Shown here piece by piece: positions 43,605-52,224 of a DNA stretch of 64,000 nucleotides (positions within the stretch are counted from its first letter, which is position 1; the number at the start of each line of letters is the position of its first letter). Both the position numbers and the translations under genes were made by a program. The notes under the pieces were generated by a model. The model was given only the letters and a program-made list of their open reading frames with translations, made no database searches and was not told where the DNA came from. Source of the stretch: Patescibacteria group bacterium (GTDB lineage Bacteria; Patescibacteriota; Minisyncoccia; Phycocordibacterales; PALSA-1337); NCBI GenBank assembly GCA_038065395.1, contig JBBTRB010000006.1, positions 19,493-83,492 of the forward strand, given 5' to 3'.

Positions 43605-43980
43605 GTTGCCACACCATAAGCCGAATTCTGTATCTGACAATCATTTATCTGGTCCTCCATTCGCACGGAGGATCTAGCGACTCTTTCCGATGCACCTTGC
43701 GGTGAGCGGAACACGGTCTTGCACCAACGTAAGGGTTTTGCCGTTGCATCTTCCTTATTACTAGGGAAGCTCGCCCCGATGCACCTTACGGTGATCGGGG
43801 CGCCCTTCGACTTTCGTCTCAGGGCGTCACTGTTCGCACCTCTGGGTGTTACCCTGGCAGGAGTTACCTGCTACGTGCTTTTCCGATGCACCTTACGGTG
43901 AGCGGAATGGTGTTCGGACTTTCCTATCCGAACGCCGTGAGGCGCATCGGATCGATTGTCTGGTGGTGCGTATACAATTA
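43605..43980 (-). ncRNA. rnpB: RNase P RNA, bacterial type A
   Basis: Minus-strand matches to universal RNase P RNA regions: GGAAAGTCCGAACACC (P4 5' strand), GGGTAACACCC, ACAGAATTCGGCTTATGGTG (P4 3' strand, cf. E. coli ACAGAACCCGGCTTATCGGT), and P1 pairing of CACCACCAGACAATCG with the 3' end. Confidence 0.85.
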
Positions 43981-44019
43981 TACCACTTCATGAGTTATTT
44001 GACAATCCCCTTTTGACCC

Positions 44020-45024
44020 CTATTTGACCACCTCCTCTTTCTTCTTACCATGCGCATGTGAGTCTACCTCATAACTGGTGTTCTGGGCTTCGAAGAAGTT
44101 CACGAGTTCGTAGACGTCCGTGGCAGCTGACATCCATTTTGCAGGGTTGGTGACGTTGTAATATTTTGGGAAGCCGAGTTCCTCGAGACGACGGTCGGCG
44201 ACGTACTTCACATATTGGTTAACATAGTCGGCATTGAGACCGAGGATGCCTGTCGGGAACAGATCTTTGTTGTAGTCGACTTCGTGGTTGACACCTTCGA
44301 TGATGATGTTACGGATATCATCGGCGAACTCTGGTGTCAGGAGGTCTGGATTTTCTTCGAGGATATTGTGAATGAGGTTGATGCCAAACTTGAGGTGGAG
44401 ACTTTCGTCACGAAGTACCCAGTTGATCATCGAACCGAAGTTGCGGAGCTGTTTGCGCTGACGGAATGACAGCACCACCATAAAGCCCGAGTAGAACCAG
44501 ATACCTTCCATGACGATGTTGGTTGCCACCAGGTTGCGGATGAAGTCCATCTTGCCCTCAACTGTCTCAACATCGAGAGAGGTCTCGGTCATACGCTTCA
44601 TGTATCTGTTGATATAGTCTTCCTTGGCCTTCATCGAAGCAACGTTGAGGTGATGAGCAAAGACTTTTTCGCGATCGAAGGGGAAGGTGTCGAGTACATA
44701 TTCGAAGGCCACACAGTGGTTGGCTTCTTCCCACATCTGCTTGGCGAGATAGAGGTGGCATTCGGGAGATTTGATGTATGGATATACACCGAGCGCCAAT
44801 GAACGGTTGACGATGAGTTCTGCGGGGTTGAAAAAGGACATCAAGAACTCGACCGCATGACGCTCGTCTTCGGTCATGCGAGCCCAGTCATCGAGGTCTT
44901 CTTTGAGGGTGATCTCGTGCGGGAACCACGTATTGCGCACAGCTTGCATGTAGAGATCATACGCCCAACGATACTTGATGGGATGCAAACTGGTATCTTC
45001 TGGTGAGGCTTTGCCGATCAACAT
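44020..45024 (-). CDS. nrdB: Ribonucleotide reductase class Ia small (beta) subunit
   Basis: Di-iron ligand regions EEANHCVAFEYVL and ESLHLKFGINLI, with the radical tyrosine region. Confidence 0.9.
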   Translation of the reverse strand: MLIGKASPEDTSLHPIKYRWAYDLYMQAVRNTWFPHEITLKEDLDDWARMTEDERHAVEFLMSFFNPAELIVNRSLALGVYPYIKSPECHLYLAKQMWEEANHCVAFEYVLDTFPFDREKVFAHHLNVASMKAKEDYINRYMKRMTETSLDVETVEGKMDFIRNLVATNIVMEGIWFYSGFMVVLSFRQRKQLRNFGSMINWVLRDESLHLKFGINLIHNILEENPDLLTPEFADDIRNIIIEGVNHEVDYNKDLFPTGILGLNADYVNQYVKYVADRRLEELGFPKYYNVTNPAKWMSAATDVYELVNFFEAQNTSYEVDSHAHGKKKEEVVK

Positions 45025-45151
45025 AAAATTAAAAGATTAAACAATATAACTATTAAACTCAGACTAACATACCAACCCTTCTGATGTGCACTACCTAAAT
45101 TCCCTTTTCTATTTCTTAATTGTTCTATAGTTGAATGGTTAAATTCCTGTC

Positions 45152-48142
45152 CTACTCACACCCGACACAAATATTGGCTGTACCCGGATCTTCCATGGCT
45201 GAAGATGGCAGATGGCTCGGTCGGTAGTCTTTTTTGCCGAAGTTGTCCATCATTTCTTGGACTTGTTCTGGAGTCAGAGTTGGTTTCTTGGGAGCCGAGG
45301 CAACAGAAGAAGTCACTGGATGCGGTGCAGTAAACCCTATAGGAGCATGTGCCACGGGAGTAGGTTGTGCCATAACAGAAGAATGTGCGACTGGGGTGGC
45401 GTTCGGGTGACTTGCCAACTTGTGCATCATCTCGGTCATAGGATCTGCATGGATGGATATGGGTTCTGTATGATGGACCATTTCGACATGGTCAACCTTG
45501 GAGGCGACTGCCCCGAAGCCTTTTGTAGGAGCTGCGACAGAGACTTCAGGCATTTTTTTGCTTTCTTGGAAGGGGAGTTTGCTTTCTTGTTGGATGTCTT
45601 GGGAAACAGTGCTTGCAAAAGAATCCTCTACTGTATGCGAAGCTGGGACGGCTACTGGCACACGGTTGTCGACCGTGATACGTGCGATCTCGGCATCACT
45701 CAATGGCGTAGGAACCGGTTCGCGATCCTTGGCCATGTCCCCTTCGGATTTGCGTGTAGAGGCGACTGAGGCAAATCCGACTTTGCCCATCTTCTCGGCC
45801 TTGTTGACCTTGGTGGTCGACTGCTCTGCAGTGTGACGAGGCTTCATGTGGAGGTAGTAGGTGGACTTGAGACCTTTCTTCCATGCACTCATGTATATGC
45901 CCATGGTCTCATCGATATCACGGGTTGCAAGATACATGTTGCGTGACAATGCTTGGTCGACCCACTTTTGGGCGCGAGCAGCAACCTCGATATAGGCATG
46001 AGGAGATGTGGTGAAGGAGGTCTTGTAGATCTCCTTGAGTGACTGAGGGATACCCGGGATCTCGGAGATGTCACCTTGGTGTTCGATGATGGCTTCGCGG
46101 ACTTTTTCCCAGATGCCCATGTTCTTGAGATCCTTGACCAGGTTATGGTTGAGGTCGAGATACTTGCCAGAGATCTTGTTGCGAGAAAAGACTTGTGCGA
46201 AACGTGCATCGATACCCGGAGTTGTACCGACGACCAGTCCAATGTTGGCATTCGGTGCAACCGCCATGAGAGTGGCGTTGCGGATGCCGGACTTGACCTT
46301 GGCACGCAGAACATCCCAATTGAGACCGCGATGCTTGCTCATCTGGTCGACGGTCACTGGTATGCCACGGGATTGGCCAACCTTCTTCATAGTGTCGACT
46401 GGTACGAGACCTTTGGACCATTCTGATCCTGGGAAGTTGATATATGGGCCACGTTCGCGAGCAAGGTTGGCACTCTCGTCGATCGCCATATAACTGACGA
46501 ATTCGAAGATACGATCTGCAAAGTCCCATGCATGCTCGCTGTCATATGCCATACCGAGACGCTCGATGGTGTCTGCGAAGCCCATCACGCCGAGTCCAAC
46601 AGCGCGGTTCTCTTTGTCAGACTTGATCGCTTCGGGTATCGGGAGCATGTTGATGTCGATCAGGTTGTCGAGCTGACGGATAGCCAGACGTACACTCTCC
46701 TCGAGACGGCCCCAGTTGACCTCTTTGTTGTTGACGTGAGCGGCCAGGTTGAGGGAGGCGAGGTTACATACAGCCACATTGTCCTTGTCTTGAGGCAGAG
46801 TGATCTCGGTACAAAGGTTGGACATATGGATCGTACCGGTGTTGTTGTTGAGAGCACGGTTGTTGATGGTGTCTTTCCAGACCAGCCATGGATGCGAGGT
46901 GGACTGTAGAGCCACCAAGATCTGACGGAACTGTTCTGCGGCGGGGACCTTCTTGAACATGCGGAGTTTGCCGCTATGAGCCATCTCGACATACTCGGCA
47001 TAGCGCTTGCTGAACGCCTGACCATAGAGCTCGTTGAGGTCACGAGTCTCGGCTGGGTCAAACATGTACCAGTCTTCGCCCGCTTCGACACGCTTCATGA
47101 ACTCGTCCGAAAGGAATACGGCAGTGTTGGCCGTGCGCATGCGAAGATAGTCGTCACCGGAGTTGTGCTTCCAGTCGATGAACTCCGGGAAGTCTACGTG
47201 CCAGTTCTCCATGTAGAAACAGAGAGCGCCGACCTTCTTGCCGCCACGCTGAACAGCACGGATAGCGGTATCGATGATCTTGGCGAACGGTGTCGGACCA
47301 CTCGAAGCTCCTCCGAAACTGGATTTGAGAGGGGAACCGGATGCGCGGAGTTTTGTGATCGAAAGCCCGATACCACCAGAAGACTTGGAAAGGAGGAGGA
47401 CATCGGATACGGTCTTTGCGATATGAGACATGTCATCGTGCATCTCCATGAGGAAACAGTTGGACAGAGACGATCTGACGGTACCTGCACCGAGGTTGGT
47501 GGATCCGCCAGCGATGTATTCGTGACGAGACATCTTGGTATAGAACTTCTTGGCCATGGCAGTAGGGTCCTTTTCGTTGTACGAAAGTCCCATAGCGATA
47601 CGCATAAAGAAGTATTGAGGAGTCTCGAGAGGGTGGTTGCGCTGGTCTTTGAGGAAATAACGGTTGATCAAGCCATCGAGACCGGCATAGACGAAGAGTT
47701 CGTCGCGTTCGATCATGAGAGCATCAGAGAGCTTGGCGAGGTCGAACTTCTCGGCCATGTCAGTATGGAGGCGTCCTTCGGCAATGCCTTTGCGGATATA
47801 TTCTATGAAAAAGTCTTTGTGCTTTTGCTCGAGATCCGTAGGGTCTTCTTTGTCATATTCACCGATGACACGACGATATACAGTCTTGAGAAGTAGGCGA
47901 GTGGCGACTTTGTCATACTCAGTGTCTTCTTTGATGTTCTGGACGGCGGTATTGATGGTGGCAAGGTCGAGCTCATCGGTTGTGATGCCATCATAGAGCG
48001 TGAGTTGGGTCTCGGTAGCAATCTGAGTCACCATTGAGATCGGATCTGTCAGTCCTTTGCAGGCACGCTCGATCGAACGATTGACTCGATCGGCATTATG
48101 AGGTTCGCGCGTTCCGTCGGTTTTGGTGATGAATATGCTCAT
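45152..48142 (-). CDS. nrdA: Ribonucleotide reductase class Ia large (alpha) subunit with extended C-terminal tail
   Basis: N-terminal ATP-cone (ITKTDGTREPHNADRVNRSIERAC), catalytic core (NLCTEITLP), and C-terminal CVGCE redox shuttle. About 230 aa of low-complexity Pro/Ala/Ser/Val-rich sequence lie between the core and the terminal cysteines. Confidence 0.9.
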   Translation of the reverse strand: MSIFITKTDGTREPHNADRVNRSIERACKGLTDPISMVTQIATETQLTLYDGITTDELDLATINTAVQNIKEDTEYDKVATRLLLKTVYRRVIGEYDKEDPTDLEQKHKDFFIEYIRKGIAEGRLHTDMAEKFDLAKLSDALMIERDELFVYAGLDGLINRYFLKDQRNHPLETPQYFFMRIAMGLSYNEKDPTAMAKKFYTKMSRHEYIAGGSTNLGAGTVRSSLSNCFLMEMHDDMSHIAKTVSDVLLLSKSSGGIGLSITKLRASGSPLKSSFGGASSGPTPFAKIIDTAIRAVQRGGKKVGALCFYMENWHVDFPEFIDWKHNSGDDYLRMRTANTAVFLSDEFMKRVEAGEDWYMFDPAETRDLNELYGQAFSKRYAEYVEMAHSGKLRMFKKVPAAEQFRQILVALQSTSHPWLVWKDTINNRALNNNTGTIHMSNLCTEITLPQDKDNVAVCNLASLNLAAHVNNKEVNWGRLEESVRLAIRQLDNLIDINMLPIPEAIKSDKENRAVGLGVMGFADTIERLGMAYDSEHAWDFADRIFEFVSYMAIDESANLARERGPYINFPGSEWSKGLVPVDTMKKVGQSRGIPVTVDQMSKHRGLNWDVLRAKVKSGIRNATLMAVAPNANIGLVVGTTPGIDARFAQVFSRNKISGKYLDLNHNLVKDLKNMGIWEKVREAIIEHQGDISEIPGIPQSLKEIYKTSFTTSPHAYIEVAARAQKWVDQALSRNMYLATRDIDETMGIYMSAWKKGLKSTYYLHMKPRHTAEQSTTKVNKAEKMGKVGFASVASTRKSEGDMAKDREPVPTPLSDAEIARITVDNRVPVAVPASHTVEDSFASTVSQDIQQESKLPFQESKKMPEVSVAAPTKGFGAVASKVDHVEMVHHTEPISIHADPMTEMMHKLASHPNATPVAHSSVMAQPTPVAHAPIGFTAPHPVTSSVASAPKKPTLTPEQVQEMMDNFGKKDYRPSHLPSSAMEDPGTANICVGCE

Positions 48143-48437
48143 GGGTAGTAAAGTTAACTCACGCTGTTAATCAGTGCGGTAAGGATCATTATAACTCCTA
48201 ATTTTTTATATGACGAAAAGAGCAGGGGAGTTTTGGGTCTTTTTTTGTATTAAAAATAAAAAAATAAAGTTTGTGAAGAGCGATCTCAAAATAGATTGGC
48301 ACACAAAGACTTTTGAGGGCACTTTTCTGGAAAAAATAAAAAGGGGCTTACAACAATCTCCCCTCCCCTACCCCTGGAAAAAGTTATCCACAGGTGCCTT
48401 TCCCTCAAAAACCAAACCTTACTAAAGGTTTTTTGCA

Positions 48438-48512
48438 TCGTCATCCCTCGGAAAAGAGTAATTCGAACGTAGTCTACGTACGCGCAGATCCCCGCCTGCG
48501 CGGGGATGACGA
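48438..48512. repeat. MITE-like hairpin element, same family as 29914-30064 (GTCATCCC...GGGGATGAC)
   Basis: CGTCATCCCT...ACGTAGTCTACGT...GATCCCCGCCTGCGCGGGGATGACG. Terminal inverted repeats flank two internal hairpins. The central hairpin CCCCGC-CTGC-GCGGGG resembles a type I-E CRISPR repeat, but only one copy is present. Confidence 0.5.
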
Positions 48513-48532
48513 AAATAGATGCCGATAATCCC

Positions 48533-49036
48533 CTAAAATCCCAGTTGACTACCCTTTTTTAGGCCAAAATCCGCCGCTTTGCCTGCATTGAGCTCCAAAA
48601 CGTACTTTATGGGCACCGGAGACGTAAAAGCTTCTGGATAAGAGTCTGGTGAGACATTCTCGGCGATACCTACGACCTGCTTGTGCTCATCGATCCAGAC
48701 AATATCGAGTGAGAAATGCATATCTTTCATCCAGAATGACTGCGTTCCTATTTCAGGGAAAATAAAAAGCATTCCGACGTCGGGAGGCATGCTCGGACGG
48801 TCACTGAGTCCATGCTGACGGAGCACGTCAGTGTCGGCGATCATGGCTGATATGGTTCCGTTGGGCGCTTGGATGGTCGAAGTTGCAAGTGAGATCGAAG
48901 ATATGTTCGAATCCGATATTTTTGAGCTTGAAACAAGCGCGTTCTGATCCTGAGTACGAGAATCTCGGGAAAATGGGCCGACCTCTGATACGGATGCGAG
49001 AACAATGATTCCAAGGAAAATGAGGGCGATTTTCAT
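48533..49036 (-). CDS. DUF192 family protein (secreted)
   Basis: Signal peptide plus GMLFIFPEIGTQSFWMKDMHFSLDIVWIDE, which is typical of DUF192/COG1430. Confidence 0.65.
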   Translation of the reverse strand: MKIALIFLGIIVLASVSEVGPFSRDSRTQDQNALVSSSKISDSNISSISLATSTIQAPNGTISAMIADTDVLRQHGLSDRPSMPPDVGMLFIFPEIGTQSFWMKDMHFSLDIVWIDEHKQVVGIAENVSPDSYPEAFTSPVPIKYVLELNAGKAADFGLKKGSQLGF

Positions 49037-49087
49037 GATATGCTAGTAATCGTAGCATATTCATTATAAATCGATTATTTTACCCGT

Positions 49088-49501
49088 ATGTACACAATCA
49101 ACTTTTGGCCTATTCTTATTTCTGCACTGGTGAGTTTTGGTATTGGAGCACTGTGGTATTCGCCGATCCTTTTTGGCAAAGAATGGATGGCTCTGATGAA
49201 GCTCGACTCTTCTGATATCGAAGGTATGGGCGCAAAGACTATGACCGGTTCGTATGCGATACATCTTATTGCGAATATTATCTCGTTCGGAGTACTAGCC
49301 TTCATTATTGCTATCTCAAGTGCTCAAGGTGGCAGTGACGGGGCTTTCATCGGTCTTATCGCCTGGCTCGGCTTCGTAGCACCGATCTCCGTCTCGAATC
49401 TACTCTGGAGACGTGACCCTCTGAAGCTCGTCCTGATCGACACATTACAAATCTTGATCTGTCTCGTTATCAGTGGCGCGATCATCGGGGCTTGGAAGTA
49501 G
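49088..49501 (+). CDS. DUF1761-like small membrane protein
   Basis: Four predicted TM helices. The WPILISALVSFGIGALWYSPILFGKEW N-terminus resembles DUF1761. Confidence 0.5.
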   Translation: MYTINFWPILISALVSFGIGALWYSPILFGKEWMALMKLDSSDIEGMGAKTMTGSYAIHLIANIISFGVLAFIIAISSAQGGSDGAFIGLIAWLGFVAPISVSNLLWRRDPLKLVLIDTLQILICLVISGAIIGAWK

Positions 49502-49516
49502 CCCACATCCATACAT

Positions 49517-49975
49517 ATGCAAAAAATAACACCGAACCTATGGTTCAAAGGTAATGCACCAGAAGCTGTTGCCTTTTATCTGTCGGTTTTCCCGGGAAGC
49601 AAGATCGTGAGCACCGCGTATTATCCAACAGAAGGACTGCTGGATTTCCAAAAAGAGTTCGCGGGCAAGGAACTTGCTATCACGTTTGAGATGTTCGGTC
49701 AGCAATTCCTAGCGATCAACGCTGGCCCTGAGTTTACCTTCACTGAAGCTGTTTCGTTCAACATCGCCTGCAAAGATCAGGCAGAGATCGACTACTATTG
49801 GAGCAAACTCACCGCAGATGGTGGCGCAGAGAGCGTCTGTGGCTGGTGCAAAGACAAATACGGCCTCTCCTGGCAGGTCAACCCAGAGAACATGGATGAA
49901 CTGATGCAAAGACCTGGCGCCTTCCAGAAAATGCTAGGAATGACGAAAATAGATATGGCGACGATGGAGGCCTAA
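49517..49975 (+). CDS. VOC-family protein (PhnB / 3-demethylubiquinone-9 3-methyltransferase-like domain)
   Basis: ITPNLWFKGNAPEAVAFYLSVFPGSKI... and CGWCKDKYGLSWQV match the PhnB-like glyoxalase fold. Confidence 0.7.
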   Translation: MQKITPNLWFKGNAPEAVAFYLSVFPGSKIVSTAYYPTEGLLDFQKEFAGKELAITFEMFGQQFLAINAGPEFTFTEAVSFNIACKDQAEIDYYWSKLTADGGAESVCGWCKDKYGLSWQVNPENMDELMQRPGAFQKMLGMTKIDMATMEA

Positions 49976-50235
49976 GCAGAACTCTCTGTATCATCCTTAT
50001 CATTCCCCCACTGCCAGCGCGGTTTCTCGCCTTTTGTGTAGCAAATAACCAGGAGAAGGAGCGTGAGGATGAGTACGGATGAGAGGAATGGTATCGCCTG
50101 ACCAAGCGAAGGGTCTTCGTCTACGTTCAACGAGAGCGCAAAAAGTGCTCCTACATATACGAGCAAGGTCACCCACCCTTGCCATGTTGCAGGTACCCAT
50201 CCGTAGCCGTATCTCTTGCGTTTGAACCATATCAT
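49972..50235 (-). CDS. Hypothetical small membrane protein
   Basis: 87 aa, two TM helices, overlaps the stop of the upstream gene by 4 nt. Confidence 0.4.
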   Translation of the reverse strand: MIWFKRKRYGYGWVPATWQGWVTLLVYVGALFALSLNVDEDPSLGQAIPFLSSVLILTLLLLVICYTKGEKPRWQWGNDKDDTESSA

Positions 50236-50366
50236 ACTGCTATTTTAGCAGGTTTTGGCTGTAGCGGAATCATCGTGGCCGTGTTTGACATGTCATCTAC
50301 TTATCTCACATTCTGTGCTAGATTGAATACCTAAAAACTACATCTATGGAAAACCTTGGATTCCCT

Positions 50367-51053
50367 ATGCGGATCAACAAATATCTGGCCTTACACGGAC
50401 ATTCGACACGCCGTGGTGCTGACGTGCTCATCGAAACCAAGCAGGTGTTCATCAATGGCAAACCTGCCGTGCTCGGTGACAAAGTCGGAGAAAAGGATGT
50501 AGTTGAAGTTCGTCTGAAAGGCAAGAAAAAGGAGTACCGCTATATTGCCTACAACAAACCACGAGGTATCGTGACGCATTCTGCACAAGGTGATGAAAAA
50601 GAGATCGGCACCGAAGTCCCGGTCAAAGGCGTATTCCCTATTGGTCGCCTCGATAAGGATTCACATGGTCTCATCATCCTTACTGATGATGGACGTATAA
50701 CCGACAGACTTCTCGGACCTTCCTACAAACACGAAAAAGAATACGTCGTAAAAACAAAGGAAAAACTGCGATCAAGTTTCAAGGAGAAAATGGAAGCCGG
50801 GGTTCAGATCGACGACGAAAAAACTGCCCCCTGCAGAGTACACATTCTCAATGATTTCTCATTCAAAGTTATTTTGACTGAAGGTAAAAAACACCAGATC
50901 CGTCGTATGTGCGTAGCGCTCTTCCAGGAAGTTCTCGACCTCCAGCGCATTCGTATTATGAATATCAAAATTACTCACCTAGCCGAAGGTGATTATCGAG
51001 AGATACAAGGCGAAGAACTTCAAACCTTTTTGCATTCATTAGGGTTGGTGTAG
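50367..51053 (+). CDS. Pseudouridine synthase (RsuA/RluB family)
   Basis: S4 domain MRINKYLALHGHSTRRGADVLI, and catalytic-Asp motif PIGRLDKDSHGLIILTDDG. ATG at 50367. Confidence 0.8.
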   Translation: MRINKYLALHGHSTRRGADVLIETKQVFINGKPAVLGDKVGEKDVVEVRLKGKKKEYRYIAYNKPRGIVTHSAQGDEKEIGTEVPVKGVFPIGRLDKDSHGLIILTDDGRITDRLLGPSYKHEKEYVVKTKEKLRSSFKEKMEAGVQIDDEKTAPCRVHILNDFSFKVILTEGKKHQIRRMCVALFQEVLDLQRIRIMNIKITHLAEGDYREIQGEELQTFLHSLGLV

Positions 51054-51104
51054 TAAAACAAAGATGCTTTTTCGGTTCGTTTTTGCTACTCTGTTCTGAC
51101 ACAC

Positions 51105-51193
51105 GGAGGGTTCGCATAGTGGTCTAGTGCACCACCTTGGAAAGGTGGCATACCTTAACGGGTATCGAGAGTTCGAATCTCTCACCCTCCGCA
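51105..51193 (+). tRNA. tRNA-Ser(GGA)
   Basis: Acceptor GGAGGGT/ACCCTCC, G73. Anticodon stem CCACC/GGTGG with loop TTGGAAA. Long variable arm; T-arm GAGAGTTCGAATCTCTC. Confidence 0.85.
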
Positions 51194-51218
51194 ACGAACG
51201 AATGAAATGAGTGAGTAA

Positions 51219-51361
51219 GGAGGGTAGCAAAGCGCCTGCGCGCTTTGCGTGAGAGATTCGAAAAGGTTGAGCATGTCGCAACAAGTCCTGAGCCTTTCGA
51301 AGGACGAAGTGAGACGCGAAACCTGTACAGAGTCTGTAAGACTCGAATCTCTCACCCTCCG
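51219..51361 (+). ncRNA. tRNA-Ser-derived tRNA-like element, copy 2, downstream of tRNA-Ser(GGA)
   Basis: Starts with GGAGGGT (exact 5' acceptor strand of the adjacent tRNA). Hairpin GCAAAGCGC-CTGC-GCGCTTTGC, then GTGAGAGATTCGAAAAGGTTGAGCAT. Ends GAAACCTGTACAGAGTCTGTAAGAC-TCGAATCTCTC-ACCCTCC-G-CA. About 70% identical to copy 1 in the shared internal segments. Confidence 0.5.
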
Positions 51362-51386
51362 CATTAAAATACGCTATACTACACCC

Positions 51387-51788
51387 ATGAAAAAATACAT
51401 CACCATCATCCTTAAAGTAGTTTTTAGCCTTATCCTGCTCATGCCGATCCTGGGTATGACAGGCATCTTCCCTGACCCGACAGCAGACATGTACAACACT
51501 CCTGCGGCATTTGCCTTCATTGAGATGCTCATAGCCGCAGGATATATCAACATCATCATGGGCGTTGTTTCTTTGATCTCCCTGATCTTCCTCTGGACAC
51601 GTCGCACTGCCGCAGCAGCACTCCTCATGATACCGATCACGCTCAACATCGTCAGTTTCCATGCACTCATCGACGGTGGACCGTTCACCAGTGGCGCCCT
51701 CATGGGAAATGTATTCTTCTTGATCAATATTTACTTCCTCTGGCAAAACAAGGAGGTATACAAAACTCTGTTGGAAAAGAGAGGTTAG
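51387..51788 (+). CDS. Hypothetical membrane protein
   Basis: ATG at 51387 (MKKYITIILKVVFSLILLMPILG), four TM helices. The ORF-track 5' extension back to 51249 overlaps the tRNA-like element and is unlikely to be translated. Confidence 0.5.
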   Translation: MKKYITIILKVVFSLILLMPILGMTGIFPDPTADMYNTPAAFAFIEMLIAAGYINIIMGVVSLISLIFLWTRRTAAAALLMIPITLNIVSFHALIDGGPFTSGALMGNVFFLINIYFLWQNKEVYKTLLEKRG

Positions 51789-51802
51789 TATATACTACAT
51801 AC

Positions 51803-52222
51803 ATGAAAAACTTCTTCAAAACAAAAGCCTGGCCCGTCATCGCTGGGTTATTGACGGCCTTTATTATCATGATGATATTCGAGTACATCAACTCCCTCAT
51901 CTATCCCCTCCCTACCGATCTTAATATATATGACAACGAAGCCGTAAAAGCGTTCACTGCAAGTCTTCCATGGACTGCATATATCCTGGTATTCCTCGGT
52001 TGGGTAGTCGGTGCATTCAAAGCTGGCTGTGTCACAACCTATCTTGCGAAAGAATCTGCTTACAAACTCTCATTCATCGTTGGTATCATCCTGACCATTC
52101 TCGGCATCATCAATAACATCCTGATTGGTCATGCAATGTTCTTCAACATCATCGGTCTGCCGATGTTCATCGTCTTTACGTATGTAGGACACCGGTACCT
52201 AAGAAAAAAGAAAAGCTTCTAA
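51803..52222 (+). CDS. Hypothetical membrane protein
   Basis: 139 aa, four TM helices. No known domain. Confidence 0.5.
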   Translation: MKNFFKTKAWPVIAGLLTAFIIMMIFEYINSLIYPLPTDLNIYDNEAVKAFTASLPWTAYILVFLGWVVGAFKAGCVTTYLAKESAYKLSFIVGIILTILGIINNILIGHAMFFNIIGLPMFIVFTYVGHRYLRKKKSF

Positions 52223-52224
52223 CT

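Noticed and set aside
43719-43901. 60-aa plus-strand ORF
   Set aside because: Lies entirely inside the RNase P RNA gene on the opposite strand.
48481-48512. Possible CRISPR repeat (ATCCCCGCCTGCGCGGGGATGAC resembles type I-E repeats CCCCGC..GCGGGGAT)
   Set aside because: There is a single copy, with no spacer-repeat periodicity and no cas genes. It fits better as one hairpin of the GTCAT(Y)CCC MITE-like family seen at 29.9 kb.
51217-51224. AAGGAGGG as a Shine-Dalgarno for the ORF-track start at 51249
   Set aside because: Spacing to the nearest start is about 24 nt, and the sequence is the 5' acceptor-strand mimic of the tRNA-like element. The downstream gene more plausibly starts at 51387.
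51182-51364. 60-aa minus-strand ORF and the 5' extension (51249-51386) of the downstream membrane-protein ORF
   Set aside because: Both overlap the tRNA-Ser(GGA) 3' region and the tRNA-like element. The membrane protein has a clean ATG at 51387 just after the element.
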